Positions 9,479-17,027 of a stretch of DNA of 24,000 bases are shown here, piece after piece. This DNA comes from Crocinitomicaceae bacterium (GTDB lineage Bacteria; Bacteroidota; Bacteroidia; Flavobacteriales_D; Parvicellaceae): the NCBI GenBank assembly GCA_038134525.1, contig JAYPVI010000013.1:40577-64576 (forward strand), read 5' to 3'. How positions within the stretch are numbered: position 1 is the first letter of the stretch; every line of letters begins with the position of its first letter. The position numbers and the translations under genes are program-made. The notes below the pieces were generated by a model that had not been told where the DNA came from, ran no database searches, and saw only the letters and a program-made list of their open reading frames with translations.

Positions 9479-11752
9479 TCAAATATCGAACCGATCTAGA
9501 TTCATGACTTTATTCCATGCAGATACAAAATCCATGACAAATTTTTCATTTGCATCATTGCTGGCATATACTTCGCAAATAGCTCTAAGTTCTGAATTTG
9601 ATCCAAAGATAAGATCAACTCTAGATGCGGACCATTTTACTTCATTTGTGCCTCTAAGAAATCCATCGAATTCTTCAGCAGTTTCAGACTTGGGCTTCCA
9701 CTCAAAATCCATACTACATAAATTCATAAAAAAAGCATTGTTTAATACACCTGGGGTTTCAGTTAATACACCTAAATTTGATTGATCATAGTTTGTATTA
9801 AGCGCTCTCATACCCCCCAACAATACTGTCATTTCAGGTGCGGTTAGCGTAAGAAGTTGAGCCTTGTCAATTAATAATTGTTCAGAACTAAGTGTATAAT
9901 CTGTTTTTTTGTAGTTTCTGAATCCATCTGCCATCGGTTCAAGAACAGCCATTCCTTCGATAGAAGTATTTTCTTGAGTAGCATCTGTCCTTCCTGGTGT
10001 AAATGCCAATTCAATTGAGAAGCCCCCTTTTTTAGCAGCTTGTTCAATTCCTACGTTCCCCGCTAAAACAATTAAATCAGCAAGTGAAATTTCTTTTCCA
10101 GATTTAGACCTAAATTCAGCTCTAATTTCATCGTATTTCGATAATACATTATTTAATAAATCCGGATTATTACATTCCCAATTTTTTTGAGGCAATAAAG
10201 CAATTCTTGCTCCGTTAGAACCACCTCTTCTGTCTGAGTGTCGATAAGTAGAGGCAGACGCCCAAGCAGTTGAGATCAGAGATGAATTTGGTAAGTCGGA
10301 AGCTAAAATTAATTCTTTTAGTTTATTAATATCATTCGAATTTATTTTCGCCAATTCATTAGCGGGTACAGGATCCTGCCAAATAAAATCTTCCTTAGGA
10401 ATTTCAGGTCCTAAGTAAGTAGACTTAGGTCCCATATCACGATGGGTTAATTTAAACCAAGCTTTTGCAAAAGCTAAATCAAATTCTTCAGGATTTTCAT
10501 AAAACTTTCTTGAAATAATATTGTATGCAGAATCCCTTATTAAAGATAAATCAGTAGTTAGCATGGTAGGTTTGTAATTTTTAGATTTATCAAATGCATC
10601 GGGAACAAGCATTTCAGATTCTTTCGCTACCCATTGATTAGCTCCTCCAGGGCTTTTAGTCAACTCCCATTCGTGCTCATATAAACTTACAAAGTACAAA
10701 TGATTCCATCTTGTTGGAGTTGGTGTCCAAATAACTTCAAGACCAGACGTTATTGCATCTTTTCCTTTTCCACTTTCATAATCACTTTTCCAACCTAATC
10801 CTTGTTCAGCTATATCAGCTCCTTCAGGCTCTGGTCCCAAATGATTTCCACTAGAGGCTCCATGTGTTTTTCCTAATGTGTGTCCACCAGCAATAAGAGC
10901 TACAGTTTCTTCATCATTCATACCCATTCTTCCAAATGTTTCTCTAATATCGTTTGCAGCTAAGACTGGATCTGGATTACCATTTGGTCCCTCAGGATTT
11001 ACATATATGAGCCCCATTTGTACTGCAGCCAAAGGTGTTTCTAGTTCTCTTTCTTCTGAGTATCTTTTATCACCTAACCATTCTTTTTCGGATCCCCAGT
11101 ACACGTTGCTTTGTGGTTCCCAAACATCAACTCTTCCACCTGCAAATCCGAGTGTTTCAAATCCCATCGATTCTAATGCCACATTACCGGCTAATATCAT
11201 TAAATCTGCCCATGATATTTGTTGGCCATATTTTTGTTTTATGGGCCAAAGCAACCTTCTTGCTTTATCCAAATTGGCATTGTCTGGCCAACTATTTTGT
11301 GGAGCAAATCGTTGTTGACCTGCTCTTGTACCGCCTCTTCCATCACCTGTCCTATATGTTCCTGCACTATGCCATGCCATACGAATAAAAAGCCCTCCAT
11401 AATTTCCATAATCTGCTGGCCACCAATCTTTAGAGTCAAGCATGACATTTTCAATGTCTTTTTTTAATTCAAAATAGTCCAATTTATTAAACTGCTCAGC
11501 ATAATTAAAATTATCTCCCATTGGATTAGAAAGTGATGAATTTTGCCTGAGTACACTTAAATCAAGTTGATTAGGCCACCAATCACGATTGGTATTACCT
11601 TCACTTTTTATTACTTCTCCAGAAGACTTAAACTTATCAAAGCCAAATGGACAACTCGCATTATCTGACATTTCATTTGAAGGGTCATTAATTGATGAAT
11701 TACATGAAGCAAGTATTAAAATTGCTAAAGGAAAAACGTATTTAATTTTCAT
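9479..11752 (-). CDS. katG: Catalase-peroxidase KatG with an N-terminal lipoprotein-type signal peptide
   Basis: Distal-site motif [11 protein letters not shown] and proximal-His motif [10 protein letters not shown]. The Met-Tyr-Trp adduct residues are in context ([21 protein letters not shown]). There is a duplicated two-domain architecture over 757 aa. The N-terminus [17 protein letters not shown] ends in a lipobox (L-A-S-C). Confidence 0.97.
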   Translation of the reverse strand: MKIKYVFPLAILILASCNSSINDPSNEMSDNASCPFGFDKFKSSGEVIKSEGNTNRDWWPNQLDLSVLRQNSSLSNPMGDNFNYAEQFNKLDYFELKKDIENVMLDSKDWWPADYGNYGGLFIRMAWHSAGTYRTGDGRGGTRAGQQRFAPQNSWPDNANLDKARRLLWPIKQKYGQQISWADLMILAGNVALESMGFETLGFAGGRVDVWEPQSNVYWGSEKEWLGDKRYSEERELETPLAAVQMGLIYVNPEGPNGNPDPVLAANDIRETFGRMGMNDEETVALIAGGHTLGKTHGASSGNHLGPEPEGADIAEQGLGWKSDYESGKGKDAITSGLEVIWTPTPTRWNHLYFVSLYEHEWELTKSPGGANQWVAKESEMLVPDAFDKSKNYKPTMLTTDLSLIRDSAYNIISRKFYENPEEFDLAFAKAWFKLTHRDMGPKSTYLGPEIPKEDFIWQDPVPANELAKINSNDINKLKELILASDLPNSSLISTAWASASTYRHSDRRGGSNGARIALLPQKNWECNNPDLLNNVLSKYDEIRAEFRSKSGKEISLADLIVLAGNVGIEQAAKKGGFSIELAFTPGRTDATQENTSIEGMAVLEPMADGFRNYKKTDYTLSSEQLLIDKAQLLTLTAPEMTVLLGGMRALNTNYDQSNLGVLTETPGVLNNAFFMNLCSMDFEWKPKSETAEEFDGFLRGTNEVKWSASRVDLIFGSNSELRAICEVYASNDANEKFVMDFVSAWNKVMNLDRFDI

Positions 11753-11835
11753 AGCGTTGATTTTTTTTCAATTTAAGGAAAAACGAAACAATATTTTTAG
11801 TTGTTCACATTTTTTTAGATTAAATAATTAAATGG

Positions 11836-12105
11836 TCAATTTTTTAAAATCTTAAATAATTTACGTTGTTTTTTATTTGTTATTTCTAAAATATACAATC
11901 CTGATGCAATAGCACTTAAGTCAATACTATTAGTTAGTATTCCAAAGTCAATTTTTTCACCTATTTTATTAAATAAATTATAATTTAATTGTTCCGAAAT
12001 ATTTCCTTCTACAAATAAAAAATTCTCGATTGGATTGGGATGGAATTTAATGTTGCTTAAACCGCTAGGCATAATATTTGATGAATTACAATACAATTCA
12101 TTAAT
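11836..12105 (-). pseudogene. T9SS type-A C-terminal sorting domain, in-frame continuation of the upstream serine hydrolase after a TAG stop
   Basis: KFHPNPIENFLFVEG...YNLFNKIGEKI...IDLSAIASGLYILEITNKKQRKLFKILKN matches the Por/T9SS CTD pattern (PNP...v.iyn..G..v...idls.l..GiY.l.i...k..K.ik). It has no signal peptide of its own. It is in the same frame as ORF 12106..13128, separated only by TAG at 12106-12108. Confidence 0.7.
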
Positions 12106-13128
12106 CTAAGGCCAAATTTCATTGTTATAGTTCGCCAAAACAGGGGTGTTATATGGTGATTCTCCCATTCTTAACCAAACCATGTTTTGGGATGGAACAA
12201 TATTTAGGGACTGACCATTTTTACCTAAAGCTACATATAAATCATCAGGAGCATTTGAATTTAATTTACCGTTAAACTGAAATTGTGAGTAGGGTAACAT
12301 ATGATAAGGTTTGCCATTAAGCCACCATAAATAGCCATAAGCAGGGTTTATATTTTGAGATGAGTTTATGGATTCATTAAAGAATGAAGTATCTGTCATT
12401 ATTTGATTGTTTCCTCCCCAATTTCCTCCATTCAGCATCAATAATCCAAACCTAGCCATACTTCTAGCTGTGCTAAAATACACATTGTCATAACCTAGAT
12501 TTATGAATAGTCCATTCATTCCAGTTGGCGTTTTTAATTTTTGATGCATGTACCAATTTAAAGAAAGGCCAACAGCGTTTTCAATTAGTTGATCTAATAG
12601 GGTGTATGGTGCATTGTGGTATGCCCATCTCGATCCTGGAGTACTGAGAAAATTAAGACAAGTATCATCGGTACATGATGGGTCATTTACATTATCATCA
12701 AGACCGCAAGTCATGGTAAGTTGGTGCCAAATAGTGATAGCTTCTTCTTGAAATGTGGTACAATTGGTCCAAACAGACCCTAAGTAATTTGATGAAGTAT
12801 CTGAAATAGATAAGAAATATTCTAGTTGAGCAATTCCAACCATAAATGCAGAAAGTGTTTTACCTGCAGATGCCCAATACCAATCAGTTGATATATCATG
12901 TCCATTGAAATATTTTTCCAGCACTATTTTACCATCTTTAAGCAGGATAAATGCTTTACTATCAGTAGAATCTAAAAATTGGTATAGACTATCTATTTTA
13001 TTATCACACCAGCTCAATTGGAGTGGAGATATCGTATCCCATATATTTGAATTTACAGGGGGGAAATACATTTGAGCCTGTGTAATTAAATTGATTTGAA
13101 GAAATAGAAATAGGAATATTTTATTCAT
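12106..13128 (-). CDS. Beta-lactamase-family serine hydrolase (secreted), catalytic portion
   Basis: Signal peptide MNKIFLFLFLQINLITQAQ. The S-x-x-K nucleophile motif lies in WYWASAGKTLSAF. The general class-C beta-lactamase / esterase family layout spans 340 aa. It ends at an in-frame TAG that is followed by a T9SS CTD. Confidence 0.72.
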   Translation of the reverse strand: MNKIFLFLFLQINLITQAQMYFPPVNSNIWDTISPLQLSWCDNKIDSLYQFLDSTDSKAFILLKDGKIVLEKYFNGHDISTDWYWASAGKTLSAFMVGIAQLEYFLSISDTSSNYLGSVWTNCTTFQEEAITIWHQLTMTCGLDDNVNDPSCTDDTCLNFLSTPGSRWAYHNAPYTLLDQLIENAVGLSLNWYMHQKLKTPTGMNGLFINLGYDNVYFSTARSMARFGLLMLNGGNWGGNNQIMTDTSFFNESINSSQNINPAYGYLWWLNGKPYHMLPYSQFQFNGKLNSNAPDDLYVALGKNGQSLNIVPSQNMVWLRMGESPYNTPVLANYNNEIWP

Positions 13129-13662
13129 TTAATAATTATTCAGTTTTTTGTAAATCGGACAAGATTTCTCATGTGCACCCTTTAGATAACCCGTACTCAT
13201 TAAAAATTCATTTGTAATTTGTCCTCCTGTAAACTTAAAAGTACTTTTAAATAAATTTATCCAATCATTCTTTTTCATAGGATGATTTGAGTCCAACCAA
13301 TTTTTAAATGACCCGTATTTTTTTTGCATTTCAACAATTACTTGAGCATTGTTTATGATGGCTTTGATCTTTAATTTATTTCGAATTATCCCCTTATCAT
13401 TTAATAATCGGAGTATATCTTCATCATTAAATTTTGAAACAACACCAACATCAAAATTGGCATACGCTTTTTTTAAATTATATTCTTTCTTTAAAATGGT
13501 AATCCAAGAAAGACCAGCTTGATTGATCTCTAACAATAAACGCCCAAATAATTCATTGTCATTATTGACAGCAAAACCATATTTTCTGTCATGGTATATT
13601 TTATGTAGGTTGTCAGTTTTAAGAGTAGCTACATAATTGCAATATGATTCATTATCATTCAT
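13129..13662 (-). CDS. tag: DNA-3-methyladenine glycosylase I
   Basis: YHDRKYGFAVNNDNELFGRLLLEINQAGLSWITILKKE is the hallmark Tag region. The C-terminal TGGQITNEFLMSTGY...H..SCP fits the helix-hairpin-helix/zinc site. 177 aa. Confidence 0.92.
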   Translation of the reverse strand: MNDNESYCNYVATLKTDNLHKIYHDRKYGFAVNNDNELFGRLLLEINQAGLSWITILKKEYNLKKAYANFDVGVVSKFNDEDILRLLNDKGIIRNKLKIKAIINNAQVIVEMQKKYGSFKNWLDSNHPMKKNDWINLFKSTFKFTGGQITNEFLMSTGYLKGAHEKSCPIYKKLNNY

Positions 13663-13914
13663 TATTATTATTTGAAATTAAGAGAAAGAATCATAACAAG
13701 AATAACAATTGAAAATAGCTTCTAAGCAATGCTTTTACATGATAAAATTTTCAAATTTTTTCTTAGTTTTTGAGTTCTAATTAGATAAAATGTTGATTGC
13801 TAACAAAAATTGTAACAAATTTCGTTTAATAATTAATGTTCTTTTTAAATTCTTATATGCTTATAAATATAGTTATTGTTTACCTTTCTGCAGAAATTGG
13901 CTAATAATTAGTAA

Positions 13915-14283
13915 ATGAGTAAAGACAATTTATGCCTTGAGTGTAATTCTATATTAATTGGAAGAATAGATAAAAAATTTTGCAATGATTTATGTCGAAA
14001 TGCTTATAATAATAAACTGAATAAAGTAGCAAATGACTATGTGAGAAAAGTCAATGTAATTCTTCGGAAAAACAGAAGGATTTTAGCACAATTAATGGAT
14101 GGAAAAAATAAAACTAAAACCACCAAAGAACAACTTTTGCTAAACGGCTTTAATTTTTATTATTACACCAACGTTTACGAAACAAAACAGGACAAAACGT
14201 ATTATTTTGTGTATGAGCTTGGTTACCTTGAGCTTGATGATGAAAAATTCGCATTAGTTATTAAAGATTCTTATGTAAATTAA
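13915..14283 (+). CDS. Hypothetical protein with an N-terminal zinc-ribbon-like CxxC...CxxxC motif
   Basis: CLECNSILIGRIDKKFCNDLCRNAYNN supplies four Cys in a zinc-ribbon arrangement. This is followed by a basic stretch (RKVNVILRKNRRIL) and a Tyr-rich beta-like C-terminal half. It resembles conserved Bacteroidota hypotheticals, and its function is unknown. Confidence 0.5.
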   Translation: MSKDNLCLECNSILIGRIDKKFCNDLCRNAYNNKLNKVANDYVRKVNVILRKNRRILAQLMDGKNKTKTTKEQLLLNGFNFYYYTNVYETKQDKTYYFVYELGYLELDDEKFALVIKDSYVN

Positions 14284-14302
14284 TAGTATATTTTGTATAA
14301 AC

Positions 14303-14650
14303 TTGCGTATGGGAAATTCAGATTATAAGCCATGGGGAATGGAATTAAAACCATTTTGTATGTATTTATCACTTTTTATTGGTGGACCAATATTGACCTT
14401 AGTAATGTGGCTAACAAATAAGGATTATGATGTGTTTCTTAATGATTATAAAAAAAATATTTTTAATTGGCTTCTAACAGCTATTATTTGTCTTATTCCC
14501 ACTTTTATATTAATGTTCTTTTTCATTAGATTTTTATTGTGGTTTGCATTAATTGGTGGACATATAACATTTATTATTTTAGTAGCTGTTAAAGCTTATA
14601 ATGGAGAGTCATTTGTTTTTCCGGTAGCCATTAATTTTTTAAATAATTAG
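14303..14650 (+). CDS. Small three-TM membrane protein (DUF4870-like)
   Basis: Three hydrophobic helices, and a C-terminal AVKAYNGESFVFPVAINF pattern that I recall from DUF4870-type proteins. The ORF track starts at TTG 14303; ATG at 14309 is an equally plausible start. Confidence 0.45.
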   Translation: MRMGNSDYKPWGMELKPFCMYLSLFIGGPILTLVMWLTNKDYDVFLNDYKKNIFNWLLTAIICLIPTFILMFFFIRFLLWFALIGGHITFIILVAVKAYNGESFVFPVAINFLNN

Positions 14651-14651
14651 A

Positions 14652-15068
14652 ATGAAAATCTTTATTCTAAATGGACCTAATTTAAATCTTTTGGGTACTA
14701 GGGAACCTCAAACTTATGGTACTGTTTCTTTTGATGAATTCTTAAAAGAATTAAAGTCATCTTTCAAGTCCTGTTCTCTTGATTATTTTCAGAGTAATGT
14801 TGAGGGTGAAATTATTAATAAGCTTCATGAAGTAGGGTTTTCTTATGATGGAATAATATTAAATGCCGGAGGTTATACACACACTTCGGTTGCTATTGGA
14901 GATGCAATAGCTGCAATATCTACACCAGTAATTGAAGTACATATTAGTAATGTTCACGCAAGAGAAGAGTTCCGTCATCAGTCCTTAATAGCAAAACACT
15001 GTAAAGGTGTAATAACCGGATTTGGTTTAAATTCCTACAGAATGGCAATTCATTCTTTATTGGTTTAA
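14652..15068 (+). CDS. aroQ: Type II 3-dehydroquinate dehydratase
   Basis: MKIFILNGPNLNLLGTREPQTYG, NAGGYTHTSVA and EVHISNVHAREEFRH are canonical AroQ motifs. 138 aa. Confidence 0.95.
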   Translation: MKIFILNGPNLNLLGTREPQTYGTVSFDEFLKELKSSFKSCSLDYFQSNVEGEIINKLHEVGFSYDGIILNAGGYTHTSVAIGDAIAAISTPVIEVHISNVHAREEFRHQSLIAKHCKGVITGFGLNSYRMAIHSLLV

Positions 15069-15658
15069 TTTAAAAGGGTATTTAATTTTCTATATAGCCT
15101 ATGCAAAGGCAATCCCATTACGTTAAAAAAATCACCTTTCATTTTTTGAATACCAACGTATCCCATCCAGTCTTGGATTCCATATGAGCCAGCTTTGTCA
15201 AATGGTTTGCAACGCTTAATGTAATCCCTTATTTCAAAATCACTGAGTGGATAGAAAGTTACTGCTGTTTCATCAAAAAAACCATAAATTTTTTGTTTAA
15301 ATAAAATGGCTACACCGGTGTGTACTAAATGAGTTTTTCCAGAAAGTGATTTAAGCATTTGGTAGGCATCATTTTCATCCTTAGGTTTTCCTAAAATTTG
15401 ATTATCTAAAACTACAATTGTATCAGCAGTGATATATATCTCGTTAATTTTTTGTTGTGAAAGAAAATAATTGGCTTTTTTTACGGCAACGTATTGAGCT
15501 ACTTCATTAATGGCCATAAATTTGGGGTAGTCCTCATTGATGTCAACATTAACAATGTCAAAATGGGGAATAATATGCTTCAGTAATTCGTGCCTCCTTG
15601 GTGATTTTGATCCAAGAATCACATGGAATGGTTTAATTTTTTCGGATAGATGGGTCAT
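15065..15658 (-). CDS. maf: Maf-like nucleoside triphosphate pyrophosphatase
   Basis: ILGSKSPRRHELL, ADTIVVLDNQILGKP and KAGSYGIQD are Maf family motifs. 197 aa. ATGA overlap with the upstream ubiA-like gene. Confidence 0.9.
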   Translation of the reverse strand: MTHLSEKIKPFHVILGSKSPRRHELLKHIIPHFDIVNVDINEDYPKFMAINEVAQYVAVKKANYFLSQQKINEIYITADTIVVLDNQILGKPKDENDAYQMLKSLSGKTHLVHTGVAILFKQKIYGFFDETAVTFYPLSDFEIRDYIKRCKPFDKAGSYGIQDWMGYVGIQKMKGDFFNVMGLPLHRLYRKLNTLLN

Positions 15659-16515
15659 ATTAAAGCATTAACATATAACCATAAAGTTGAAAATAAAAAT
15701 TGAAGCTTTATAAGTTTACTTAACTTTTGAAATGAGGTAGTTTCTCTAGCGTTTAAAGTACTAAACAATAATACAAACGTGATAACGAGGGATGGAATGA
15801 AAAAACTAAAACTCGAAATACTAAATGAAGTTCTAAATAGGCCTAAGCTCAACAATAGCGAAGAAGAAATAAAAATTAATGCAATCAAGCCCTTAGTAGG
15901 GGTAACTCCAAAAACTATGGGAAATGTTTTAGATTGTACGGTTAAATCTCCACTAATATCTTCTATGTCTTTAATCAATTCTCTCGCGATAGTAAATATA
16001 ACGCAGAAAATTACGTAAAGTTCAACTACTGATTCGTTTAAATTAAATGATGTTTCAACATAAAACCCTCTGTGAATTACAGAAGGAATATATAATACTA
16101 TTCCACATAGCAATGCTACTGCTAAGTTTCCCAATAGTGGAATATGTTGAAGTAAAATAGAGTATGAAATAACAAGTATATGACAATAGAATACCAATTG
16201 AATCCAAGCACCTGACAATTCCGATAAAAACAAAAAAATAAAAGAACAGGCAACATTTATGAAATAGGTAGTTAAATAAAAACGTTTTGTGAAGCCATAT
16301 TGATTTTTATTGTTGGTGAGGTCACTTTTAATATCATATAAGTTATTAATTAAGTAACCTGATGATGCTGTAAATATTATGGAAAGGCTAAGTAATATTA
16401 CATCAATGTTAAGGCTTGAATCTAAATAGCTGCAGTTAAAAGTTAATCCCCAAAAAAGAAAGAAAATAATCAGGAGATTTTGGTACCTAACTGCTCGGAA
16501 ATAGTTTTTTACCAT
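15655..16515 (-). CDS. UbiA-superfamily prenyltransferase (DGGGP-synthase-like)
   Basis: About 8-9 predicted TM helices. The first Asp-rich motif N-N-x-x-D-x-x-x-D is in YLINNLYDIKSD. The second, D-x-x-D-x-x-x-D, is in KDIEDISGD. The longest ORF starts at 16539 (MDGRRCPL...), but I prefer Met9 (ATG 16515, MVKNYFRAVRYQNLL) because UbiA N-termini normally start just before the R-x-x-N-L helix. Confidence 0.8.
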   Translation of the reverse strand: MVKNYFRAVRYQNLLIIFFLFWGLTFNCSYLDSSLNIDVILLSLSIIFTASSGYLINNLYDIKSDLTNNKNQYGFTKRFYLTTYFINVACSFIFLFLSELSGAWIQLVFYCHILVISYSILLQHIPLLGNLAVALLCGIVLYIPSVIHRGFYVETSFNLNESVVELYVIFCVIFTIARELIKDIEDISGDLTVQSKTFPIVFGVTPTKGLIALIFISSSLLLSLGLFRTSFSISSFSFFIPSLVITFVLLFSTLNARETTSFQKLSKLIKLQFLFSTLWLYVNALI

Positions 16516-17027
16516 GAGTGGGCATCTTCGTCCATCCATTTTCCTTGAACTCTAAGAACCTGTTCAATTACATCTCTAACAGCACCTTTTCCACCATCTA
16601 AATGTGAAATATAATCACAAGTTTCTCTAATTTCTACTGCAGAATCTCTTGGGCAAGTTGAAATACCTACTATTTTGAGACACTCATAATCGGGTATGTC
16701 ATCTCCCATGTACAAAACTTCTTTAGCATTTATAAAGTTTTTTTCTAAATATGAAGTGAGAATGGGTAATTTATGGTGAACAGATAGATAAACATCTAGA
16801 ATTCCAAGACCTTCAAGTCTTTTTTTAACCATTTTAGAATTACCTCCTGTTATGATGAGAATTTTAAATCCTTTTTTAATAGCATGCTGTAATGCGTAAC
16901 CATCTCTAGTATGCATCGTTCTAACCATTTCACCACTATTGTCGAGAATAATGGAACCATCAGTTAAGACTCCATCAACATCAAATGCGAAAGTTGTTAT
17001 TTGTGAAAGCCTTTGTTTATAGTTCAT
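16509..17027 (-). CDS. kdsC: 3-deoxy-D-manno-octulosonate 8-phosphate phosphatase (HAD superfamily, KdsC family)
   Basis: HAD motif I FAFDVDGVLTDG, RDGYAL, ITGG, and motif IV YMGDDIPD. 172 aa, the typical KdsC size. Confidence 0.85.
   Translation of the reverse strand: MNYKQRLSQITTFAFDVDGVLTDGSIILDNSGEMVRTMHTRDGYALQHAIKKGFKILIITGGNSKMVKKRLEGLGILDVYLSVHHKLPILTSYLEKNFINAKEVLYMGDDIPDYECLKIVGISTCPRDSAVEIRETCDYISHLDGGKGAVRDVIEQVLRVQGKWMDEDAHSW

Noticed and set aside
9504-11831. Several antisense ORFs of 71-146 aa (9504-9785, 10878-11318, 11035-11388, 11219-11467, 11239-11454, 11589-11831) lie inside or against katG. Similar ones sit opposite ribBA (2425-2628), the GT4 (3611-3796), lptF/G (6337-6663), ubiA (15779-16018), yggS (18561-18794), the hydrolase (19379-19594) and ccsBA (21192-21407).
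   Set aside because: All lie fully within much longer ORFs that carry unmistakable conserved motifs. Their translations are low-complexity (Ser/Leu/Phe/Ile-rich) with no recognisable domains, which is typical of shadow ORFs.
11753-11835. AT-rich near-palindrome (TTAAATAATTAAAT region) upstream of katG as a possible PerR/OxyR/Fur-type operator.
   Set aside because: The symmetry is imperfect, and in such AT-rich DNA a partial palindrome of this size is expected by chance. It does not match the 7-1-7 Fur/PerR box well. I also found no exact TAnnTTTG box here.
12106-12108. TAG reassigned as a sense codon (alternative genetic code) as the explanation for the split hydrolase/CTD gene.
   Set aside because: TAG also closes the GT4 gene (2807-2809) and tsaD (23302-23304) at plausible natural C-termini, and all other genes translate normally with the standard bacterial code.
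7212-13662. Possible genomic island integrated at the tRNA(CAU) gene, since creD, sulfotransferase, katG, T9SS hydrolase and tag all look accessory.
   Set aside because: There is no integrase, excisionase or transposase gene. By eye I could find no second copy of the tRNA 3' end (TTCGATTCCCCCCCGCGCCA) that would mark an att site. Gene spacing and style match the rest of the window.
16513-16539. A 31-bp overlap between the ubiA-like gene (longest ORF start 16539) and kdsC as an unusual long coding overlap.
   Set aside because: This is more simply explained by the true start being Met9 (ATG 16515). That removes an atypical MDGRRCPL extension and reduces the overlap to 7 bp.
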